A stretch of 34,305 bases of DNA, taken from Candidatus Heimdallarchaeota archaeon. GTDB taxonomy: Archaea > Asgardarchaeota > Heimdallarchaeia > Heimdallarchaeales > Heimdallarchaeaceae. Positions 1 through 8,683 of the stretch are shown here, in pieces. The position numbers and the translations under genes were made by a program. The notes beneath the pieces were generated by a model, which saw only the letters and a program-made list of their open reading frames with translations, had not been told where the DNA came from and did no database searches. The stretch lies in the NCBI GenBank assembly GCA_021399345.1, contig JAAFKI010000197.1, positions 1 through 34,305 on the forward strand. Reading direction: 5' to 3'. Every line of letters starts with the position of its first letter. The stretch's first letter is position 1.

Positions 1-1554
1 AATTTTGAAAACCAGAAGCTTAAACATATCATTCAGAGAACTACAGAGGATATTTTGCAGGAGATTGAAGAGAAAAAGGAAAATATAGAAAAAGCTAAAG
101 AAGATATACTTGGGTTTGATGAAAAAATAGAACTATTGCAAATTAATGCCAGTCAATTTCCAGAAATTAAGGAAATTCAAAAAATTAATGTCATTACTGA
201 AAGAACAAAACATTTAGATTCAATAATCAATAAAAAACAGAAGAATATTTCTGAAACTGGAGAAAAATTTTCACTAAAGATTCCAATTGAACTTAAAACT
301 ATAGAATCAAAAAGTAATGAATTTGAAAGACAAATTAAGGATAATGAGATTAAACAGAATAAAATACAAAAAGAAGTAGAAAAACTCGAAGAGGAAAGAA
401 GAGTCATTGATATAGATCTTGGAAACTTCAATAAGAGGAAGAAAAGTTTGGAAACTATTGCTGAAAAAGGTGGCCAGGCAAAGTGTGATGTTTGTGAACA
501 AGATATCCAAGAAGAAAAATTCAATGAACTATTGGAAAGATCTAAGCGCTCTATTCCTGCACTTACTAAAGGAATTTCAAAGAAGGAAGACTTGATTAAA
601 GCAAAGAAAACTGAAATAAAGACCATTGATCAATCAATATTTAAAATAAGACAAAATTCTGCAAAATTAGAAGAATTAATTGAGGATTTAGGTGAACTAA
701 AAGGATTTACTTCTGATAAAGGAAAATTATCTTCAGAAATAACTGAATCTCTTAAGAGCTACGCTGTGAAAAGTTTAGACGAAATGGCCAAGAAATATAA
801 ATTAAGCAATTTTGAAGAGCTTTTTGATCATGTAAAAACAATAGATGATGATATTAATAGAAGTACAGTTCAAAAGAGGCATATTAAGGAATCCATAGTT
901 AAAGATCATTCTACAATCGATAAGCTAAGTAATCAAATAAAGGAAAATAAAGAAAAAGAAGAAAAAACCGCTCAAATTGACTTAGAAATTGCATTATTAA
1001 ATGAAGTTCAAACCTATGTTGAGAAATTTATTGTAGAAGATTTGATTTCTAATAGAATGTTAGCAAATATACAACATTCAACAAGAGGATACATCTATCT
1101 ATTCACACGAGGGAGATATTCTGAATTATACTTGGAACCAACGAAAACAAAGACTCTGAATATGAGTATAAAAGATGAAGTATTGGGGTTCGTTAAGAGT
1201 CAAACACTACTATCAGGCGGAGATAAAGCAGCTATTGGTTTAGGGTTAAGAATTGGAGTTAGTGAGCTTTTAAAGAGAATCAGACCTCTCAAAACTTCAC
1301 CTTATCAACCTCCAAAGATGGATATTCTTGTTCTAGATGAACCTTTGGGATCTTTGGATGATGCAAGAAGAGCCAAAGTAATAGAAGGGCTCGTAGCGGA
1401 AGAGAAGTTTTCTCAAATATTCCTCATTACTCATACAAATATTAGGAATAGATTCAAAGCTCCTATTATTACAATTCAATCAAACCCCTCAGGTAGTTTA
1501 GCTTCATTCTACGCAGCTCCAACTGAAATCGAAGAAGAGGCAGAAGAAGAATAA
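1..1554 (+). CDS. rad50: Rad50/SbcC-family SMC-like ATPase, C-terminal part (5'-truncated by window edge)
   Basis: Frame is open from base 1. Long coiled coil with zinc-hook CxxC (KCDVCEQ), ABC signature LSGGDK, Walker B/D-loop ILVLDEPLGSLD and H-loop LITH. Confidence 0.85.
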   Translation, partial: NFENQKLKHIIQRTTEDILQEIEEKKENIEKAKEDILGFDEKIELLQINASQFPEIKEIQKINVITERTKHLDSIINKKQKNISETGEKFSLKIPIELKTIESKSNEFERQIKDNEIKQNKIQKEVEKLEEERRVIDIDLGNFNKRKKSLETIAEKGGQAKCDVCEQDIQEEKFNELLERSKRSIPALTKGISKKEDLIKAKKTEIKTIDQSIFKIRQNSAKLEELIEDLGELKGFTSDKGKLSSEITESLKSYAVKSLDEMAKKYKLSNFEELFDHVKTIDDDINRSTVQKRHIKESIVKDHSTIDKLSNQIKENKEKEEKTAQIDLEIALLNEVQTYVEKFIVEDLISNRMLANIQHSTRGYIYLFTRGRYSELYLEPTKTKTLNMSIKDEVLGFVKSQTLLSGGDKAAIGLGLRIGVSELLKRIRPLKTSPYQPPKMDILVLDEPLGSLDDARRAKVIEGLVAEEKFSQIFLITHTNIRNRFKAPIITIQSNPSGSLASFYAAPTEIEEEAEEE

Positions 1555-1616
1555 GATGGTACAATGTAACAGAAGCTTTCACAAGATTTTTCAATAATGT
1601 CCATAACATTAGTTTA

Positions 1617-3101
1617 ATGATACCAGGTACTCTACGACCTTTACCTAAAAAAGTAAAGGAAGTAAAAACAGCTGTTGATTTACTTCTTAGAACTGTTGAT
1701 TTTGATATTGAGAATACAAAAGACATCTTTAAGGATAGTTCTCTCTATACTTTTGAAGAAATAAATTCACATTATATGAGAATTATTGATCAATATACTC
1801 AAATTAGACCTCTCACAAAAGATGCAGACAAGCTTGTTGATAAGTACGTCAATGATTATCTTCTGAATGAATTAGTTTATGGTCAATTTACTAAGTTGGA
1901 AATGAGAGAAAATAGATTAAAAAATGATATTCAGCGACTTGATACCGTATTGATGTCAAAAAGGAAAAAATACATTGAAGAAATGATCCCACGATTTAAG
2001 GATGAAATATCCAGTAAACTCTCCTTTATGCAAGATTTATCATTTGATGAAATTCTAGAAAAAGGTCAACTTTATGGAGAAACCATAGGGGAGATAGTTA
2101 ACAAAATTAGTGGAATTAGAGATGAGTACATCAAGTTATCATCTGGTTCTTTTGATGTTTCAGAGTTTTATTCATACTTAGATGAAAGGTTAACTGGAGT
2201 AGAAGAACAAGTAACAGCTTATGATTTAATTTTGCGAACTTGTAAGATGCAGATGCTTTCAGAAGAAGCTGAAATGTATATTGAAAATGGAAATGTAATA
2301 AACAATGAGTTTGAAGTGGAAGCTTCTAGTGAATTAGTCCTTAAGGGAGATGAATATGTTAACAAAGCTACAGGAAAACTTGAGGAAATGATACTTCTTA
2401 GAGTAAATCTCCCCAGAAGAGGTATATCTAAAGAATTTTCTACTAATTTTAAGAATCTCTCAATCACTTTTGAGGAACATAAGAATAGTCTAGGAATTAT
2501 TATTGAGAGTCTTCAAACAAAAACAACTCGACTTTCTTCACAAATAGAAAGAATAAATGCACTCAAAGCGATAGCTGAATCTGATGGAGAGGAGATTTAT
2601 GAGGTTATAGAGATGCTCAATATTAAACGCAAAGGTGCGTTTAAAACTAAAGTAGGGGAAGGCTTTCCTGTTTTTGAGCTTAGTCCTTTAGGGAAAATTA
2701 AGATGCCTTTAGGTGTTGAATTTACAACCCCAATGATAGAAGAAATTCTAACCGTTTTAGATGAAATCGAAGGAACAACTTACAAAGATGATATGATACT
2801 AAGATGGAAGACAATGAAAATTGGAGAAATTACAGAAAACATTGGCAGGAAGATGGCTCCAGCTTACAAAAAAACCAAAGAAGTAACAATAAAATCTGGT
2901 AAGAAAATAGGTGAATTTAGCAAGAAAGCCTATGTTGGTACTAAGAATCTTTTCACATCAGACAAAGAAGGAAGAGATGCTAAAGAACCCAGAATAAAGA
3001 AGGAAAAGAAACCCAAAAAGGAAAAAGTAAAAGAGGAAAAAATAGAAGAGACAATCTCAGACGAAGAAATCGAAATACCTCCTCCACCAATAGAAGACTG
3101 A
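1617..3101 (+). CDS. Hypothetical helical/coiled-coil protein with Lys/Glu-rich, polyproline C-terminal tail
   Basis: 494-aa ORF, E/K/L/I-rich, no recognised catalytic motif. Ends KKEKKPKKEKVKEEK...EEIEIPPPPIED. Confidence 0.75.
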   Translation: MIPGTLRPLPKKVKEVKTAVDLLLRTVDFDIENTKDIFKDSSLYTFEEINSHYMRIIDQYTQIRPLTKDADKLVDKYVNDYLLNELVYGQFTKLEMRENRLKNDIQRLDTVLMSKRKKYIEEMIPRFKDEISSKLSFMQDLSFDEILEKGQLYGETIGEIVNKISGIRDEYIKLSSGSFDVSEFYSYLDERLTGVEEQVTAYDLILRTCKMQMLSEEAEMYIENGNVINNEFEVEASSELVLKGDEYVNKATGKLEEMILLRVNLPRRGISKEFSTNFKNLSITFEEHKNSLGIIIESLQTKTTRLSSQIERINALKAIAESDGEEIYEVIEMLNIKRKGAFKTKVGEGFPVFELSPLGKIKMPLGVEFTTPMIEEILTVLDEIEGTTYKDDMILRWKTMKIGEITENIGRKMAPAYKKTKEVTIKSGKKIGEFSKKAYVGTKNLFTSDKEGRDAKEPRIKKEKKPKKEKVKEEKIEETISDEEIEIPPPPIED

Positions 3102-3118
3102 TCTAAGGTGCAAAAAAT

Positions 3119-3916
3119 TTGAAGAACTTACTTCAACAAATAAAATATTTTATTTTTGATGTAGATGGTACACTTCTGTTGAGTAACAAAGTTCTTCCTT
3201 ATGCTTATGAAGTTATCAAATTAATACAAGAAAAAGAATTGGATTTCACGATTCTTTCAAACAATTCTTCATATTCAATAGCTGAAAACAAAGAAAGGTT
3301 AGAGAGAGTTTTAGGAGTTAAACTGGATTACTCAAATATTTACACTTCTACACAAGCATCCATTGATTATTTATTGAAAAATCACTATGACCAATGCTAT
3401 ATTGTGGGTACTCCTTCAATGATTGAAGATTTTGAAAATGCGGGGGTATTCAACACTGTGATAGATCCTAAAGCGATAGTTCTGGGTTTCGACAAGACTC
3501 TTACTTATGAAAAAATTTCTAACGCAGCTCTTTTGTTACAAGAGAAACCTGTAATTCCTTTCTTTGCAACACATCCTGACGATACTTGTCCTGTTGAGGG
3601 TGGTAAGATCCCAGATGTAGGTTCCTTTCTGAAAATGTTTGAACAAGCAACAGGTAGAACAGCTGATATTATCTTCGGAAAACCCAATGAAATGATTTTG
3701 AAACTCTGCTTAGGTAATTCTCAAGTAGGCTTTTCAGAAGTTTTAGTTATTGGAGATAGACTTGAAACTGATATTAAAATGGCTAATTCTGTGGGTATTA
3801 ATAGTGCACTAGTACTTACAGGAGAAACTCAAAGAGAACATTTAGAAAAAAGTGATATATCTCCCACATTGATATGGCAAGATCTGGAAATTCTTCTTAA
3901 TTTTTTAAATAAATGA
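3119..3916 (+). CDS. HAD-IIA family hydrolase (NagD-like sugar/nucleotide phosphatase)
   Basis: Motif I FDVDGT, motif II LSNNS, motif III FGKP, motif IV IGDRLETDI; also VLTG. TTG start. Confidence 0.9.
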   Translation: MKNLLQQIKYFIFDVDGTLLLSNKVLPYAYEVIKLIQEKELDFTILSNNSSYSIAENKERLERVLGVKLDYSNIYTSTQASIDYLLKNHYDQCYIVGTPSMIEDFENAGVFNTVIDPKAIVLGFDKTLTYEKISNAALLLQEKPVIPFFATHPDDTCPVEGGKIPDVGSFLKMFEQATGRTADIIFGKPNEMILKLCLGNSQVGFSEVLVIGDRLETDIKMANSVGINSALVLTGETQREHLEKSDISPTLIWQDLEILLNFLNK

Positions 3917-3917
3917 G

Positions 3918-4844
3918 TTATTTCAGAAATTTGACAATTTCCTTAAGTGAATCCCATTGATTTTCTGAATATAACCAGCCTAATACTACGCTATCAACTA
4001 GTCTATTATTCTGGAACTCCTTAATTAGTTCCATCCTCTCAAGTACTTCTTCCAACGAACCTATAATACCGAAATCATCTACTACCTTCAGTATCTCACC
4101 CTTTGGAACAGAAGTATATGGCTCCCATTTAAGTTCTCGAATCTCTCTTATCATTTGTGAAGAATAACCATGTTCTTTTAAAATCGATGTTGAACAGCCT
4201 TTAGCTATATCCTTGGTAATATTCCACAAAGTTTTGGAAATTTCTTGCTTATTTGATTGTATTTGCATCATTCCGTAGGGTATAATGGATTTATTTGAGT
4301 GACTTTCATCTTTTTTGTATACTGCTATTGCTCGATTGATATCAACATCAGCTATACTATTAAGTAGTAAATGTTCTGCTTTCTCTTTTGCATAGTTTAA
4401 CATTTTATTCCCAAGACCACCAAAAGCAACAGGTGGAAAATCATCTAACTTCAATTGCGTTTTTCTGATATGTGCAATTTCAAGTAGCTTATTCAATGAG
4501 CTCTTAAAACTGCTAAAGGGTTTTAGAGAAATATCTTCATCTTTGAATACATCTGGATTACCAATTCCTAAACCTAATCCAAATCTATTAGGGAAGTTAT
4601 TGTTAAGCCAGATACTTAAGGCAAAAAGTACTTCGAGAGAATAATAGAAAGGTGATGTTATTCCTGTCCAGATTTCAATATCCTTAACAGCCCTCAATAA
4701 TCTTCCAATATCCAAAAATGCATTATTTATAGGTGGATTGTCTCCTACCCAAATACTCTCAACACCTATTGATTTGGCGTCATGAGCATAAATTTCCTTT
4801 TCTTCTCCTGACATTCGTATTGGGATGGAAAGCCCCACTTTCAT
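3918..4844 (-). CDS. LLM-class (luciferase-like/Mer-like) flavin- or F420-dependent oxidoreductase, divergent
   Basis: MKVGL start, GVESIWVGD, GITSP, NRFGLGLGIG, PVAFGGLGNKML and C-terminal IIGSLEEV match the LLM TIM-barrel pattern. Confidence 0.7.
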   Translation of the reverse strand: MKVGLSIPIRMSGEEKEIYAHDAKSIGVESIWVGDNPPINNAFLDIGRLLRAVKDIEIWTGITSPFYYSLEVLFALSIWLNNNFPNRFGLGLGIGNPDVFKDEDISLKPFSSFKSSLNKLLEIAHIRKTQLKLDDFPPVAFGGLGNKMLNYAKEKAEHLLLNSIADVDINRAIAVYKKDESHSNKSIIPYGMMQIQSNKQEISKTLWNITKDIAKGCSTSILKEHGYSSQMIREIRELKWEPYTSVPKGEILKVVDDFGIIGSLEEVLERMELIKEFQNNRLVDSVVLGWLYSENQWDSLKEIVKFLK

Positions 4845-4904
4845 ATTGATAAAAGAAGTTTACTCATTCTTGTAGTTTGTGCTAGATTAATTTGTTCCAA
4901 TGTA

Positions 4905-4918
4905 AGTTTTTTATATAT
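4905..4918. promoter_or_regulatory. TATA-like element in the divergent LLM/nitroreductase intergenic region
   Basis: TTTTTTATATAT about 30 nt upstream of the ATG at 4949, a typical archaeal spacing. Confidence 0.45.
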
Positions 4919-4948
4919 CCGGTTTTTTTTTGTTAGTGAAGTGGTTTC

Positions 4949-5455
4949 ATGGAAAATATTCTTACAAGAAGAAGTATCAGGAAATTCCTTAGTACTCCAG
5001 TATCTGATGACGATATAGACACTATTCTTAAAGCTGCAATGAGCGCTCCTTCAGCTGGCAATAAACAACCTTGGGATTTCATAGTTGTAAAGGATAGAAA
5101 ATTATTAGACAAAATACCAGAAATTCATCCGTATGCGAAAATGGCTCAAGAAGCTTCAGTTGCTATCATTGTTTGTGGTGATACAAGACGAACAGATACT
5201 AGAGGTTTTTGGGTACAAGACTGTGCAGCTGCATCTCAAAATATCCTTTTAGCAGCAAATTCTCTAGGGTTGGGTAGTGTTTGGTGTGGAATTTATCCAA
5301 AGCAAGATTTATATGAAAAATTCCAAGAGATGTTTAACTTGCCAAAAGAAGTTTACCCCGTCTCTTTTCTACCCATTGGATATCCTGCAGAGGAGAAACC
5401 TCCTTCTGATCGTTATGATGAAAATAGATTACATTATAACAAATGGAAAGAATAA
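4949..5455 (+). CDS. Nitroreductase family protein
   Basis: RRSIRKF, APSAGNKQPWDF, DCAAASQNILLAANSLGLGSVW, IGYP. Confidence 0.93.
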   Translation: MENILTRRSIRKFLSTPVSDDDIDTILKAAMSAPSAGNKQPWDFIVVKDRKLLDKIPEIHPYAKMAQEASVAIIVCGDTRRTDTRGFWVQDCAAASQNILLAANSLGLGSVWCGIYPKQDLYEKFQEMFNLPKEVYPVSFLPIGYPAEEKPPSDRYDENRLHYNKWKE

Positions 5456-5484
5456 GCAAAAAAGAAGGAAAATTTAATTTTCTA

Positions 5485-6306
5485 TCAAGTCATCTTTATG
5501 ATAGCTTTTTCTCTATTAAAGATATTAGTTGCCAATTTAAAAAGAAAGATTATAATTACTACTAATATTGCTATTCCTCCAATAAGTGTAGCGATTGAAT
5601 TGAAGAAGAAACTAATTATTCCTGCTACAATTAGAAAAATTAATGGAAGAACAACCAGAGATCCTATCTGATATGAATCTCTAACGCTCTTTACTTTTGT
5701 TGAAATCATGATCATTAATTCTACACTTACAATTGAAATCAGTGGCCCAAAAACTAGTACAAAAATAATGGACAGGAAGTCAGGAAATAGAATCTGACCT
5801 ATGAAAGGATAGATTAGTATGTCTGTAATTATCATATACCCTCCAGCTGCAACGAATGTTGCAAAGATTGAAGGAATTAATGATGAAGTGATTTTAGCAA
5901 AAACTATCTCAGTTTCTGTTATAGGAGATGCCAAAATAGCTTCCATAGTCTTTCTCTCTTTTTCACCAACAATCGTTTCAGAAGCTGTTATTGCAGGAAT
6001 AATTATAGGAAGCATTAGAACCATCACGAACATTACATATGCCATCATAATTAGAGTTTGAGCATGCATATTCAGTGATTCCCAATTATTAACAGTAGAC
6101 GCGAATAAGTTGTTAATAAAATCAGGAAAAGTATCGTCTCCTTCAAAATCAGCTGGATTGATATTAGTAATGGGTAACAACCCGCTTAATGGGATCAGAA
6201 CAGCAAAAATAAGAGGAACCCCTATTATAGCTGAAAGCACATATTTTGATTTTGTAAACTCAATAAGATCCTTTTTGACTAAAGCCCAGATTCTTCTCCA
6301 CTTCAT
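5485..6306 (-). CDS. ABC-2 type exporter permease
   Basis: About 6 TM segments and IVGEKERKTMEAILASP motif; 4-bp overlap with the upstream ATPase. Confidence 0.9.
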   Translation of the reverse strand: MKWRRIWALVKKDLIEFTKSKYVLSAIIGVPLIFAVLIPLSGLLPITNINPADFEGDDTFPDFINNLFASTVNNWESLNMHAQTLIMMAYVMFVMVLMLPIIIPAITASETIVGEKERKTMEAILASPITETEIVFAKITSSLIPSIFATFVAAGGYMIITDILIYPFIGQILFPDFLSIIFVLVFGPLISIVSVELMIMISTKVKSVRDSYQIGSLVVLPLIFLIVAGIISFFFNSIATLIGGIAILVVIIIFLFKLATNIFNREKAIIKMT

Positions 6307-7292
6307 GATTCTTCCTCCTCTTGGTTTCGTGGAAGATTTTCACTCATCACTAGTTCCAGATATACTCGTTCTAATGTTGGATATTCATGTCTAACTTCAA
6401 ACATAGGAAAATTCTGTTTGATTAATTCATCAATAATAGTAGGAGTTTCTTTTTCTATTTCTTTGATGAAGATAGAGATAGATTTTCTTTCAGGATCAAT
6501 TTCTAAAACATCATAATTTCGTTCCTGGAAGAAGTTTTTGATTACATCATCCCAAACTGTAAATCTAAAAACTGTTGTTGTTTCATCTTTCTTTAAATCG
6601 CGAAGCTGATTTGGAGTTCCTTCAGAGATTAGTTTTCCATGATTAATTATTCCAACCCTCGTAGAAAGTTTTTCAGCTTCAAAGAGATTATGGGTACATA
6701 AGAAGAAAGTACGTTTTTCTAGTTTGGATAACTTCAATATTTGATCTCTCACAACTTTAGCAGATTCGGGAGCGAGCGATGCAGTTGGTTCATCTAGAAA
6801 AATTACAGGTGGATCATGTATCATCGATCTAGCAATAGCTACCTTCTGTCTCATTCCTTTACTTAGTGAACCGGCAGGTAAGTCAATTTTTTCAGGTAAA
6901 TCAAAAAGATCAATTAATTCTTCGATTCTTGGTTTAATTTCCTCTTTAGGGACATCATATAAGTTAGCGATAAATGTTAAATTTTGACGCACTGTCAATC
7001 TTTCATAAACTGCGGGAGTTTCAGTTAGAAGACCTACTATACTTCTTACTTGAGACGCATCTTCTACAACATCAAGTCCAAGAATTCGAGCTCCACCAAC
7101 AGAAGGTTGTAAAATTCCTGCTAAAAGGCGTGTAGTCGTGGTTTTACCCGATCCATTGGGACCAAGAAGACAGTAGATTTCTGATTTTTCTATTGACAGA
7201 TTAAGACCATCAACTGCTCTTAGGTGAGCTCTTTTTCCATCCTTTTTTATATCATAATCTTTAGTTAAGTTTCTAGTCTCTACAGCTAACAT
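6303..7292 (-). CDS. ABC-2 exporter ATP-binding subunit
   Basis: Walker A GPNGSGKT, signature LSKGMRQK, Walker B IFLDEPT, H-loop CTH, C-terminal TLERVYL. Confidence 0.95.
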   Translation of the reverse strand: MLAVETRNLTKDYDIKKDGKRAHLRAVDGLNLSIEKSEIYCLLGPNGSGKTTTTRLLAGILQPSVGGARILGLDVVEDASQVRSIVGLLTETPAVYERLTVRQNLTFIANLYDVPKEEIKPRIEELIDLFDLPEKIDLPAGSLSKGMRQKVAIARSMIHDPPVIFLDEPTASLAPESAKVVRDQILKLSKLEKRTFFLCTHNLFEAEKLSTRVGIINHGKLISEGTPNQLRDLKKDETTTVFRFTVWDDVIKNFFQERNYDVLEIDPERKSISIFIKEIEKETPTIIDELIKQNFPMFEVRHEYPTLERVYLELVMSENLPRNQEEEES

Positions 7293-7355
7293 CCCTTATC
7301 AAGTTCAATAAGTTTCATGAGAGTAATAAATCTTTAGAATTGAAATTAGATTTAT

Positions 7356-8609
7356 TTATCCACTTTTATCTATTATTTTTCGAAGAGTGTTAACTAACTT
7401 CCAGACATCTTCATAACTATTACTTAAGGGGGATGGTGTAAATCTTAAGAAATTTGGAGGACGAAAGTCATGAATCACATTATATTCCATTAACTCCTCA
7501 TGAATAGACAAAGCTTCTTCATGTTCAAGTGCTATATGTCCTCCCCTTTGATTAGGCAATCTAGGAGTACCGAGTTTGAAATTATAAGGTTCATCTGTAA
7601 GCAAATTATCAACTAGATAAATAAGATAGGATGTCATTTTCAGTGATTTCTCACGAATGTTTTCTATTCCTGCTCGAAGTATAAGATCTAATGACCCTTC
7701 TAAAGCTGCAGAACCTAATATTGCAGGAGAAGAGATTTGCCAACCACCTGCACCTCTAGATTGTTCAAAATGTAGATTCATTTTGAATTGCTTCTCTTTG
7801 ACATACCCAAACCATCCAGTTAGAGCTGCATCTTTATCAAAATGTTTCTCATTAACATATATGAAAGCACTAGATCCAGGTCCAGCGTTGAGATACTTAT
7901 ACGAACACCAGAAAGCAAAATCAATCCCCCATTCATCAAATTGGTGAGGTACAACACCAACTGAGTGAGAGCAATCCCAGCCAATCAAAACGTCCTTTTT
8001 ATGAGCATTTTCTGTTATCCCCTCAATATCTAATAGTTGACCACTTCTGAACAGAACTGAAGGTAAAATTACAAGAGCTACATCTTTAGTAATCATCCGC
8101 TTAATTTTCGCTTCATCAAGGAACTTTCCATCCTCACTCTTAACTAGTTTAAGATGTTTAACAGGATCTAGATTTTTGAGTTTTACTTGACTTTGTAAAG
8201 CATAGATATCGGTAGGAAAATTGAGTTCATCTGCGAGGATCTTATTTTTTTCTTCTGTTGGTTGATAGAAAGTACTTACAAGCGAATGAAGATTTATTGT
8301 AGTAGTACCAGTAGCTACAACTTCTTCAGGCTTGGCCCCAACAAGAGAAGCTGCTTTTGCTCCAAGTTTTTCTGCTTGATAAAACCATGGATTATCTTCA
8401 TGAATCCATCCTTGAACACCTAGGGTTTTCCATTCATCAAGAACACGAAGAAGAGTAGTCGCAGCATCTTTAGAAAGTAATCCTAGAGAGTTACCATTAA
8501 GATAAGTAGTATCAGTGGGGGTGAAGAATCTTTCCTTAAAGTGACTCAAAAGGTCTGTTGAATCCATTTTTTTAGCCATATTTACATTAAATTCATCAGA
8601 ATCGCTCAT
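7356..8609 (-). CDS. kynU: Kynureninase (PLP-dependent)
   Basis: YLNGNSLG, NFPTD, WDCSH, PLP-lysine motif FWCSYKYLNAGPG, GWFG, WQISSP, RGGH, DFRPP. ATG at 8609 is preferred over TTG at 8618. Confidence 0.93.
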   Translation of the reverse strand: MSDSDEFNVNMAKKMDSTDLLSHFKERFFTPTDTTYLNGNSLGLLSKDAATTLLRVLDEWKTLGVQGWIHEDNPWFYQAEKLGAKAASLVGAKPEEVVATGTTTINLHSLVSTFYQPTEEKNKILADELNFPTDIYALQSQVKLKNLDPVKHLKLVKSEDGKFLDEAKIKRMITKDVALVILPSVLFRSGQLLDIEGITENAHKKDVLIGWDCSHSVGVVPHQFDEWGIDFAFWCSYKYLNAGPGSSAFIYVNEKHFDKDAALTGWFGYVKEKQFKMNLHFEQSRGAGGWQISSPAILGSAALEGSLDLILRAGIENIREKSLKMTSYLIYLVDNLLTDEPYNFKLGTPRLPNQRGGHIALEHEEALSIHEELMEYNVIHDFRPPNFLRFTPSPLSNSYEDVWKLVNTLRKIIDKSG

Positions 8610-8683
8610 AGCTTTCAACTAGAAAAGTGATAGAAGAAATAAATACTTTATGGATAAAATTTTGAATATTTTTTTCTTCCCAA

